From Ptychomitrium polyphyllum (Eukaryota), in NCBI GenBank assembly GCA_973851085.1, contig OZ316775.1, positions 5,394,001-5,458,000 of the forward strand: DNA of 64,000 bases. The letters run 5' to 3'. Within the stretch, counting starts at the first letter, position 1, and every line of letters starts with the position of its first letter. The position numbers and the translations under genes were made by a program. Under the pieces are notes generated by a model that saw only the letters and a program-made list of their open reading frames with translations, did no database searches and was not told the DNA's origin. Of this stretch, positions 52,383 to 64,000 are shown in pieces.

Positions 52383-55300
52383 GACAAAGACAACCATGGA
52401 CCTTTTGGCACTGAAAGCGGATGGAGGAGACCATGAGGTTGGTATCTTGGTACTTTGGCCCTTGCACAAGTGTCGCATGATTGAACAAAGTCCTTTACAT
52501 ACTTCAACATTTGTAGCCACCAATAGTCTCTAGCAATCAATTCCATTGTTTTTTTGAATTCAAAATGTCATGCTGCTGGAAAATCATGACGTGCTTGAAG
52601 GATCTTCAACCGCAAAGGGCTCGGAGGTAGGTACAAAAGTGCTTTATAATAAAGTAGGCCCTCTTGGAATTCAAAATCCTCATCGCTATTTGAAGGATTT
52701 CCATTGTCTTTGAGGCGTTTCTTTATATTTGAAACAAAGACGTCATTCTTTAAAGCCTTCCGAATTTTGCCCAAATGGGATGTTGTTGTAATAATGGCTG
52801 CTTTTAATTGAAGATTCTCAGGCTTCAACAAAATAGTCTTTTTTTGATTCAAAACATCATTTCCAAATTGAGGAGCTAAATAAGATCTTTGAGATAAGGC
52901 ATTTGGCTTACCTTGCAAGCTACCAAAACGATAGGTAATGACAAAGTCAAATCAGGAAAGCAATAAGACTCCACCTTGCTTGACGGCGATTCAAAACGCA
53001 CGCATTCATGAAATACTTCAAGTCCATGTGGTCTGTGTATATTGTGATGGTATGTTGAGCTCCTTCCAATAAGTGTTGCCATTCCTCAAATGCATCCACA
53101 ATTGCAAGTAGTTCTTCATCATGGATATCATAGTTGATCTTTGTCGCTAAAAAATTCCTTGAACAAAGCGCAAGAGAGTGAAGTCTCTTGTCTTCATCAT
53201 ATTGTGAGAATACTGAGCCAAGCACAAAATCTGAGGCATCCACTTCCAAATAGAAAGGCTTTGATGGATTTGGATGAATAAGAATTGGAGCCGACATGAA
53301 TGACTTTTTAAGACTTTGAAATACTTTTTCCGCCTCTTCATCCCAAATGAATTTTTGCTTCCCCGTAAGACGTGTTAATGGTGCCGCAATCTAGGAATAA
53401 TTCTTGATGAATATCCTGTAGAAGTTTGCACATCTCAGGAAGCAATGAACATTTTGAATTGATCTTGGTGTACTCCACTCCATGACAGTGCTTATTTTTT
53501 TCTTATCCATATGGATTCCTCCTTTGGAAATGGTGTAGCCTAAAATTCAACCGAGGATCAAAGAAAAGGCACTTCTCCAATTTGGCATATAATCCTTGCT
53601 GGCGTAATTTTTTCTAAATCCAGTCGCACATGACATTCGTGGTCTTGTTCATCTTTTGAATATATTAAAATGTCATCTAAGTAGATGACTATAAAATCAT
53701 CCAGATACTCATGGAAGATATCATTCATCATATGTTGAAAGACTGCAGGAGCATTAGTAAGGCCAAAAGGCATGACATTGTATTCAAAATGACCATACCT
53801 AGATTGAAAAGTTGTCTTCCATTCGTCTCTTTCTTTGATGCGTACAAGATTGTAGGCTCCCTTAAGATCAATTTTGGAGAATATCCTTGCTTGGCCAAGT
53901 TGTTGTAGGAGTCCTGAGATTAATGGTAATGGATAGCGATTCTTTTTTGTTACTTTATTGTGGCCTCGATAGTCCACGCACATACGTAATGATCCATCTT
54001 TCTTCTTTACAAATGGAACAAGTGCTCCAGCAGGTGATTTAGAGTGTTGATTGAAACCGTTTCCAAAATTTTCATCAATATATTCTCTCAAGGCAGCCAA
54101 CTCGATTTGTGATAAGTTATAAATAGGTCCAAAAGGTGGTTGGGCTCCTTCTTGCAACTCAATGGTACAATCGTAAGGTTGGTGCTTGAATAATACGTCC
54201 GCATTCTTTTGTTCAAAAACGTCTTTATAATTTTAATATTAATGAGGTATGTTTTGATTAGTCTCTATTGTAGAACTAGACACTGGCGTGGCATAAATGG
54301 CATAGATTGGTTCATCCTTTACCGCTTTTATAAATGCCTTAGCTCCAATAAATGATGGTCCAAGATTTCTTGTACTTTGACGTCTTTTTCTTGAGTCCAC
54401 ACTTCATGAGTGCCAATTACTGTCTGGATTATGTAATTCAATCCGAGGAAGGCCCAAAACAATAGGATTTATTTGGCATTGAATGACATTGAAGACAATC
54501 CTAGATGCCTAGTCTCCTGAAACAACCTGCAAGGGTTGAGTTTCTTCAATAACGTTGCCAGACGCAAGAGATCGTCCATCATTAACTTCAACAGGTGCGA
54601 GATATTTTTTCTTCACAAGCACCATATGATGTTTGGTTGCAAAATCCTTATCCATAAAACATGCCGTTGCACTAGTGTCTAAAAAAGCCTCACTAATCAT
54701 TTCATCATTTAACAATTTAATTTTAATAGAAAATGTAAAACAAGAGGTAGGGTTTGAAGGTAATAAGAGACCTTGATTTGATGGTGGTTTCCTTGTGGTG
54801 TCCAGTCGCATAGTCTCTACTGTGACTGGACAGCCTCGTTTTCCAACTCCACCATTGTGCTCTGAGCCTTAAAGGTAGATCCTTTAATTTGGCAATCGTG
54901 TACTTTATGTCCAGATTTGCGACAATACAAACATAGGTTTTCTCTTCGACGCCTTTCGTTTTTCTTCTGGAGTCAAACATCTGAACTATGTAGCATAAAT
55001 TTGCATAGGTTTTGGTCCTTGTGGTCGATTTTCCAATATTCTTGAAGAAGTGGTAGCCATGTTTTGATGTACTGGTCGCCATTCCAAGTGTTGTTCTTGG
55101 CGCCTTTCTAATAGTCTATTGTCACATGCTATTGCTTGAGTGATGAATTTGTCCAATGTTTCAACTCTTGGCATTGTGAGTAGCAAATCCTTTACATTCT
55201 CTCTTAAGCCCCATCGGAATTGTGTGACCAAGGCTTTATCATTCTAATCAAGGTCGCAAGCTAATTGTCAAAACTCTGCACCATATGTAGCAGCTGAGCG

Positions 55301-56899
55301 CTGTCCTTGTTGGAGACTCTGGATCCTTGTCTTAGCCACTCTTTCTCGGTCGGTGTCTCTATAAGTAGATGTCAATGCTTCTATAAAAGCATCTAAGTTG
55401 TTCAATAATGGTGATTGCTTCTCCATTAGTGGTGCAAATCACAATATTGCATTGTTTGATAAAAGAGTGGCCACAAATCCCACTTGATTTGTGCCATCAG
55501 GATAGCAAAATTGATGCAAACTGAAGAAGAGTCTTACTTGTTGAACAAAGCCTCTCAATTTTGATCTTGATCCATCGAACTTATCTGGCATGCTAATCTT
55601 TGGCTCTGCATGGATTCAAAGTAAGTCTTCCCTTCCAATATTGGCCTCTTGCAATCAAACAACCTCTTGATATAGGCTTTGAATATCACCATCGGATTCT
55701 TCAGCTTGCCAAGTGTATTGCTCCAAATTATTGGTGGTATTAAACGGGTGAGTTCCGTTTGAACTGTGTTTAATAATTCTTGAAGGTTTGTAATAGTTGC
55801 AAACCTATTCTCTGATGTTCCAGGCACATTATCCATTTCTTAAGTTTGTCATAATTAAAAAGACTATGAGTACCTTCGAAGGAGGAAAATCCACGTCATT
55901 TGAAAGAAATAAGACTTGGTTCTAGAAGGAGAAATGAACTCTATGGTGCCAGCTTAGAAGAGGATAATCCGCAACTTCTAAGATCCTATGGAATCCTCAA
56001 GAAGATGGATAATTCACAATCTTCTTCAAAGAACCTTAGCTCTGACAAAGATGAAGAGTAGTTTTGCAAAACTGTTAGGGACACGAGAAATAAGAAGCTC
56101 AAACGAAGTGTTTCCTAAAAATTAGCTTCCAAAGAGCTAATGATTAACAAGAACTTGATACAAAGACTAGAACAAGGCAGGATTCAAGATGATCTACAAC
56201 TTGCGTTGGTAAGACTAAGGTATACCTTGTCTTGTCTCCTATTTATACTATGACGTTGTATCTCCTAAGATACTTCTAAAGAAGCTTCCTACAAGGCTTA
56301 ATAATGTTTTGGAAGTCTAAGGAACCTTTCCAAGAAGTTTCCTAAGATGTTGGAACCTTCCTAAGAGGCTTCCAAGGAGTTGAAATCTTCCTCAAAAGTT
56401 TCCTAAGGTAGCGGAACCTTTTTAGGAAGTTTCTTAAAGGGGTAGGACTTTCTTAGGAAGCTTCCTAAAATGATGGAGCCTTCCTAAGAAGTTTCCTAAG
56501 GTGATGGAATCTTTGTAGGAAATTTCCTAGGAAGTTTCCTAAGATGATAGAACCTTTTTAGGAAGTTTCCTAAAGTGGAGGGACTTTCCTAGGAAGCTTC
56601 TTAAGAACATGGAAAAGACTATAGAGACATCTAAAAGTATTCTAAGAAGCTATTATAGTATACTAGAAGGTTTTAGAATGTTCTAAGGACTATGTTGTAT
56701 GATCTATGTCTGTGACAAAAATCCCTTCCAATCATTTCCAATGGTTCAAAATATGTAGCTCTGAACTCTACTGTGTACTTTCTTCAAATTCTGGTTGCAT
56801 TTTTGTTTAAGATTCCTATATTAAGAATCCATTACTTTTAAAATTTCTACATCGTCATTTTGAAGTAGCCTAAATGCTATCCTACAAATTTCATTATCA

Positions 56900-57826
56900 A
56901 AAACCATTTTTATACAAAGTTACAAGTATTCAAAGTAACAGCTCTCAAATAATCAAGGCAGCTAACTCCACTTCATTCAAACTAGTGCCACGGTCACATA
57001 TTAATTTCAAATGAAGCGTGTAATGGTATTTTGAAAATCTTACAAGAGAAGAAAAAAAATCCAATAAAAATCAATACAAATTAAGAAGTGTACAATGAGA
57101 TATTACCCAAAGAAAGGCTGCCTTCTTATTCAAATGGGAGAGGCCGAGAGAGTAGAAGAGGGCGGTAGTCAAACCGCCACATCCGCCCCTTATCACTCCA
57201 CATCAGCTTTATCTCTCCAAATCAGCCCTTATTTCCCTTTATCAAACCCTTATCTAATATACTTTCAAATAAAAAACAATCCAATTCCTTTTCTTTTGCT
57301 TTTCTTTTTTTTCTTTCTTCTGGTTTAAACTTCTAAATTCAAACTACAAAAGAAGACAAAATCAACCCCCACAAATCCAAATAGGAATTCAAAATATAAA
57401 ATAAAATAACGAAAGTAGAAAAAAGATTGAAGTTTGATAAAAAAAAAGTTAAGAATAATATCATTGTCAAGGTAGGATTGGACATCAAGTGATGAATTTG
57501 ATTGATTGACTAAGTTTTGATTGTTGAATTAGTCCAAGTTTAACTCTTGTTGGATTTATTGAATAATATTGTTGTACTTGACTTGATATTCCAAAAAAAA
57601 ATGGCAAGCCAAAATATACTACAGTTAACCGTCCTATTCACCATGAGCTAAGACAAGTTGCGGTTTGACTTTCAAGACAAATAAAATTGTGGTTTCACCA
57701 TGAGTTTTTTTAATACAAGTGTTTTTTTATCCTGATATTGTTTTTAAAGTATAATAATTTAAGTTCTACAAAATAACAAATATCAATTAGGTCTTAAATC
57801 GTACATTTAAATATTTTACAATAACA
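56900..57826 (-). mobile_element. Family D LTR remnant (left end approximate)
   Basis: Collinear with about 20090-21005, ending tttacaataaca versus tttacagcacaaca. Confidence 0.7.
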
Positions 57827-57849
57827 TTATGCTTTTTCAATATTATGGC

Positions 57850-59902
57850 ATTTTGAATTCAATAAAACAATGGAGTTGATTGCTAAAGACTATTGGTGGC
57901 CGCAAATGTTGACTTACATGAAGGACTTTGTTCAATCATGTGACATTTGTGTAAGGGCTAAGGTACCAAGACACCAACCTCATGATCTCTTCTATCCGCT
58001 TTTAGTGCCAAAAGGCCCATGGTTGTTTTTGTCAATGGATTTTATCATGGACCATCCAAAATCTGATTCTAAAGATTCTATTTTAATATTGATGGATCAA
58101 TTCACCAAAATAGTACATTTCATTCCATGCAACAAAATAATAATGGGAGAAGAAATCGCCAAGTTGTTTCTAAATTCCCTCTACCACATACAAGGACTAT
58201 TAAATGATATTGTATTTGATTGAACGCCGTAATTAATTTTTAACTTTTAAATGACTCTATTCTAGCTGTTGTGCGTAAAGATCAACTTCTCTTTGGAACA
58301 CCATCCGCAGACTGATGATCAAACCAAATGTGAAAATCAAATTTTGGAACAATACCTTTATTATAGCATAAACTACCAACAAGACAATTAGATGGACCTC
58401 TTATCTTTGGCACAATTTCCTCACAACATCACAATTCATTCTTCAACAACTCAAAGTCCATTCTTTGCAAATTATGGCCATCATCTTCGAGCAAATCCAT
58501 TTCAAATCAAGCATGTTGGAAGTCTTGCAACAGAGAATTTTGCAATTCAACTTGCTAAAGTCCACCAAGAAATTGCTTTTGAGTTACAACAAGCTTAAGA
58601 TTGTTATAAAGTGTATACAGATTGCCATCGGAAGCACCATCCAAAGTTCAAGGTTGGAGATAGCGTATGGCTCTTATTACAAAATACACAAACAAGAAGA
58701 ACGCCAATAAGGCTAAATTATTAAAGGCAGAGACCATTTGAAATCAGCAAACAGATAAATCCAATCAATTATCGCCTCAAACTACCACCAACCATGTATA
58801 TTCATCTAGGATTCTACGTATCCTTGTTGAAAATTTACAACAAGTCATGTATACCAGAGAAGATTGTCCTTGCAGCTCCTCCGGTGGAAATCAATAATGA
58901 AATGGAATATGAAGTGGAAGAGATCTTAAATTCATGCATCAAGAATGGACATGTGGGGTACCTTATATATTGGCAAGGATATGACATAATAACCAAACAT
59001 AGGAGCCTTTGATGAACATAACAAATGCACGTGAAAATGTATATAAATTTCATCAAAAATATCTTGAGAAACTAGGTCAATTATGACATATTATCAATAG
59101 TTGTTAGCATCACAGAGAAGTTTTTCTATAGACAAATATAAAAACAAAAAAGAGATATTCAATTGTATGCAGCATTATTTCCAAAATAGGTCATTTCTAG
59201 ATCCTAGCTAGTATGTCAAATCTTTGTGTTATCATGGATATGCATGAAGAGCAATCAGCCGTACCTTCTTGAACAGCAGCATCTGTTGAACCAACTCAAT
59301 TTTCTCGACCTTTAAGAACAAAGGATTTAAGCCAAAATATAAAGAAGACATTCCAACATTAAGTGCGACCTCGTACAAAAGTATTGGCTAGTTGACCTTT
59401 ACACCCCGGTCTTAATTTAGATACTCGCGCTCTAGTCATCTTGTTAGAAATTGGAAGAGTCATTCCTGGAGGACTCAAGATCCTGTTTGGAGGATGTTTT
59501 GAAGGACTAAATCAAGATCAAATCTTGGGCTGGGACATTTCAATAACAAAAATCTTTGCAGGTGGACATTGATGTTTCTTGCAAGGATCAATTGAACTAG
59601 TGAACAAAGGACAACGAGCAGAGTATGTTGCTTCTTTTTTTTAACAGATTTTGGAATTTGTAAAAATGTGATGAATAAGCCACAAAAATAACTACTCATT
59701 GGACTTGTTGTTAAAAGAAGAAGTGATGTCATGGACATAGATTATGCAACATAGTCTTTAAAATCTTTTAAAACCTAATGTTTCATTATAGTAAGTTTTC
59801 AGAATATTTTCAATGTTTTCATAGCCATTTCTATTTCTTTGAGAAACTTCTTATGAAGATTCCACTGCCTTAAGAAACTTCTAGGGAAGGTAACAACTCC
59901 TT
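57850..59902 (+). mobile_element. Family B 3' fragment B4: integrase, chromodomain, extra ORF region, PPT and start of 3' LTR (59727), interrupted at 59903
   Basis: ORFs 57870-58223, 58392-58598 and 58794-59012 are homologous to B1-B3; tgtcatggacatag LTR start. Confidence 0.88.
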
Positions 59903-60904
59903 TGTTGCGCACCTCCCCTTGAGGAGTGCCCGCAACACTAAGGGCACAAGGAAGACCCCAGAGTGACGTCCAGGATTTGTGGTGCCAATAGTAAGGGGAA
60001 CCGAGTGGATCTAGCGTGAGAAGGACTACGAAGGGATGAAACATCCTTGCCCATGTAGACCGAAGGTCACGAGGGATAAATTGTGGGCATTGGAGGAATC
60101 ACAAAGAGTTGATTCTAGAATGCTAAAGATTGCTCAAATTGGACAAGGAAACTAAAAGATATGGCATCCCAAAGTTAGCGTTGCCAAGGGGCTATTCTGG
60201 ACTGTGGCAGCCCTACACAGTGATTGTATTGAACTGGGACAGTCCAGGGAGGGACTCCCCGGGAATTCCGAACCTTGGGAGAGGCATATCTCCTAGAGTA
60301 CTAACTCAAATTGGACGTTTGAGGAGTCTATCGGCATCTACGCAAAGAATAAACGACAATAGGGTGGTTGCTTGATAGATTTGGGCACTGAACGTGGAAG
60401 ATATGGCTCCCTAAATGTCCGTAGGGAATTCCCGAGGCTTCCAGCGACTAAGTTCCAAGGGAGATCTGGTGGTCTTCCAAAAGTTTGGATGTGTTGGGGT
60501 TCAGCCAGCTACAGAGGGCCAAGGGGCCTGCCAAATCCTACAGAGAGTACTATATGGGAGGGCTGGTCCTCCTTTCCACTCCTCTTGTGTCCCAGTAGAA
60601 ACCAAGGATGGGTCCCGATCGGTGGAGTTAGTGTTGGGGCTTCACTACGAGGACTTCCACACCATTGTGAGTCGGTGGACGGCCGGATTCACAAAGGGAA
60701 CTAGTGAGATCAAGAAGGATACGCTTGTTACCACTAAATTGGAGTGGTGTCTTCACGTCGGCACCATGATGGCCCGGGGTGATCTTAGGATCGCATGGGG
60801 ATCATGAGTGGTGGTAAGAGATACCACTAAGTGCGGTTAGGCTGTGTGAAATGGAAGTAATACCAAATGAGGCCTTGGATATGAATGGAAGTCCGCACCT
60901 AACC
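59903..60904 (+). mobile_element. Family A LTR inserted into the B4 LTR and itself interrupted about 140 bp before its end
   Basis: Starts TGTTGCGCACC and follows the family A LTR to ...ccgcacctaacc, where a new LTR begins. Confidence 0.9.
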
Positions 60905-63900
60905 TGTTGCACACCTCTCTCTGAGGAGTACCCGCAATACTAAAGGCACAAGGGGGACCCCACAGTGACGTCCGGAACTTATGGCGCCGATAGTGAGGGA
61001 AACCGAGTGGGCCTCGCGTGGGAAAGACCCCTAAGGGCGAGAAACATCCTTGCCCATGTAGACCGAAGGCCACGAAGGATAAATCATGGGCATTGGAAGA
61101 ATCACAAAGAGCTGATTTTAGAATGCTAAAGATTGCCCAAATCAGACAAGAGAGCTAAAAGTTATGGCATCCCAAAGTTGGGGTGGCCAAGGGGCTATTC
61201 TGGACTGTGGCAGCCCTACACAGTGACTGTATTGGACTGGGACAGTCCAGGGAGGGACTCCCCGGAAGCCCCAAACCTTGGGAGAGGCGTATCTCCCACA
61301 ATACTAATTCAAATCGGACGTTTGAGGAGTCTATCGGCATCTACTCAAAGAGTAGATGCCGATAGAGTGGTCGCTCAATACATTTGGGCACCGGATCAGG
61401 AAGATATGGCTTCCTGAAGGTCCGCTGGCAGTCCCGGAGGCTTCCAGCGGCTAAGTCCCAAGGGAGATCGGGTGGTCTTCCAAAACTCTAGGTGTGTCAA
61501 GGTTCAGCCAGCTACAGAGGGCCAGGAGGCCTGCCAAATTCTACAGAGAGTACTATAAGGGAGGGCTGGTCCCCCTCCTCACTCCCCTAGTGTCCTAGTA
61601 GAGACTAAGGGTGAGTCCCGGTTGGTGAAGCTAGTGTTAGGGCTTCACCACGGGGAATTCCACACCATTGTCAGCCGGTGGACGGCCGGTTTCACGAAGG
61701 GAACTAGCACGTTCAAAAAGGTACGCTTGTTACCAGTAAGTTGAGGTGGTATCTTTACGCCGGCACCATGATGACCCGGGGTGATCTTAGGATTGCATGG
61801 GGATCATGAGTGGTGGTGAGGAGACACCACTAAGTGCGGTTAGGCCGTGTAGAATGGGAGTAACACCAAGTGAGGCCTTGGACATGAATGGAAGTCCGCA
61901 CCTAACCATTGACTACCAATCAATTGGGTGTCCTAAGAGAAATGGTAGAAAGACTTGAAAAGTGAGAATGGAGGTTAATCATGTGCATGTGGGGGTGTAT
62001 AGGGTTGACGCGCATGACGCTTGCTAAGGAGCATTGCAAAGGTTGCGACATTTGGTATCAGAGCAGGCTTTGAATATCCAAGTGCTACGGTGCGAGGAGG
62101 CGATGGGTAAGAAGAAAGCCGGTGATGGCGGTGAGCCCGGGGCCTCTAAGCGACCACGCACGAGGATGAACAAAGACCCCGATACGATTAATGAGGCTCC
62201 ATCTTTTGATTTCAATGAGCAAGGGAATGACATTGGAGTCAGCGAGGAAATTGAGGAAACTCAACAAGACGAAGCATTGGAGGGTGGAGAGTACTCAGGA
62301 GTTAGGATTCCTGAGCCACCTCAGGGCCTAGAGAGTCAAGACCCCGACTTAAGTTTTCGCATGAAAATGCTCGAGTTCATGGACGGTGTGAACCAAGAAC
62401 TCAAGCGTGGCAAAGAAGAAAGGACTCGTCAAGAGAGGTTGATTGAGCACTTGAAGGCACAAGGTTCCAGGCCCTCATCTTCAACCAAGAAGTTGGCCAA
62501 GGTAAACATGCCAAGCACTTTTTCTGGGGTAAGTAAAGCTAGGAAGGTGAAGGAGTTTCTTTTGGAAATGGACAACTATTATGATGTTCAAAAGCCGGAG
62601 GAGGTGGACAAAGTTTCAATTGCGGTGACCTTTTTGAAAGACCATGCTCTTCAATGGTGGACAAGTAAAAAGGAACAAGAGCCGGAGTTGATGGCGACTT
62701 TGTCTTGGGTCGGTTTTAAAGAGATTTTGAGTGAACGCTTCACTCCGGAATACCAAGAGTTGAGGGAGGGCATGAACTTGGTGCAAATGAAGCACACCGG
62801 ATTGCTCAAGACTTATGTGCGAGATTTCAACGCCCAAATGAATGCCACACTCAAAATGGATGAGTTTTCAAAGAAATGCATCTTTTTGGGTGGGCTTCAA
62901 AAGTGGGTGGTGGACGCCTTGTTCAAGTTCCCAAAGCTTCCGGAGGACGTGGCGGGAATCATCAAGATTGCGGAAAGAATTGAAGCCGACGGACCCAAAA
63001 GAATATCAAATGGTTCTTTTCAACAAAGTGAATTGAGCCGAAATGTATCTTGCGGCGGAGAACGCAAGAAATTTGGCTTTGGAAACAAACACAAGGGACA
63101 AGTAGATGGAAGGGCCTACAACAAAGTGGACCATCATGAGAGAAAACCATTCAAATTGGGAGATAAGGGTGCTGAGGTGAAGCACAAGCGTTGCCACGGA
63201 TGTGGCAAGATTGGTCACTTCATTGCGGAGTGCCCCGATAAAAATGTGAGTACCAAAGCTTGTCACACTTGTGTTGTGGATCACATTTTAGAAGGTGGAT
63301 TTGTGGCCAAGGCTAGTAGCCTTAAGCCAAGGTCGAGTCTCTTATACCTCGAGGCCCAAATAAATGGCAAAAATGTCTCATGTTTGATTGACACAGGGGC
63401 AACGCACTCCTTCATGAGTTCCAAGCTAGCAAGGGAGTTGGGCTTGTCGGCTCAAAAAGCTAGCAAGCCCATCAACAAGCGATTTGCAAAAGGCAAACCG
63501 TACGAGACGAAGAAGGTGGTGTTGGATGTGGCCTTAAGTAGTGGAACATTGGAGTTGAAGGAAAGTTTTACATTATGTGAGATGGATGAGGTAGACCTCA
63601 TTTTAGGTGATACCTTTTTTGAAACTCATGTGGTGGATGTGAAGCGAAAGCCAGCACGGTTAGTAGTGCGCCGTGGTGGGAAAGAGACAATATTGAAGTT
63701 GACTCGGGCTCCTATGGTTGCGGGAGGCAAGTTGAACTTAGTCTCCTTAGAACAATTTGTGAATAATCAATTTGTGGTTGTGATGCGAATAGAGCAAGAA
63801 GAGGCGAATAGGCCAAGTGCCAAGGAGGTTAGGACTATTCCCAAGTGCATTCAAAATGTACTAAGTGGTTACAAGGATGTGCTCACTAATGAGCTGCTCG

Positions 63901-64000
63901 CAGAGTTACCGCCAAGAAGAGAAGTGGATCACAAAATTGAAGTGATACCGGGAACGGAGCCTCTTTCAAAGGCTCCATACCGGTTGAAACAAAAAGAGCT
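60905..64000 (+). mobile_element. Family A copy A2: 5' LTR 60905-62050, PBS, gag-pol from ATG 62103 open to the window end
   Basis: Collinear with A1 at a constant offset of 29425. Confidence 0.93.

Larger units (their letters stand above)
48883..56717 (-). mobile_element. Family B chromovirus copy B3, full-length, decayed; 5' LTR 56073-56717, 3' LTR about 48883-49526
   Basis: Paired LTRs of about 645 bp, gag start MDNVPG (55836), CCHC knuckle, protease AFLDTSAT, RT (53558-54157), RNase H, integrase, chromodomain (50181-50552), PPT 49527-49540; possible TSD AAAAT. Confidence 0.93.

Overview
Eukaryotic plant nuclear DNA, AT-rich and dominated by retrotransposons. Gene and element content looks moss-like (Physcomitrium-type); this is an inference. 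There are two spliced host genes: a DCN1-like (defective in cullin neddylation) gene on the minus strand running off the left edge, and a 3-exon SURNod19-family gene at 43.9-45.6 kb. Most of the rest is nested, decayed Ty3/Gypsy LTR elements of at least four families, labelled A-D here. A is a chromovirus with a 1.14-kb LTR and a tRNA-iMet PBS. B is a Tcn1/Tf1-like chromovirus with an LTR of up to about 0.65 kb and no tRNA PBS. C and D are older remnants. Highlights: (1) family B carries an unannotated extra ORF of about 190 aa, joined to the pol stop by a TGATG overlap and showing synonymous-type variation among copies. (2) Family B also has a self-priming-type PBS and a -1 frameshift hairpin with a compensatory change. 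(3) A near-perfect 7.56-kb inverted repeat and a 2.9-kb or longer near-perfect direct repeat, both made of already-dead elements and with abrupt identity boundaries. (4) A complete type-II copper-monooxygenase-like ligand pattern in the SURNod19 protein. All comparisons were made by eye, so identities are approximate and no database search was run.
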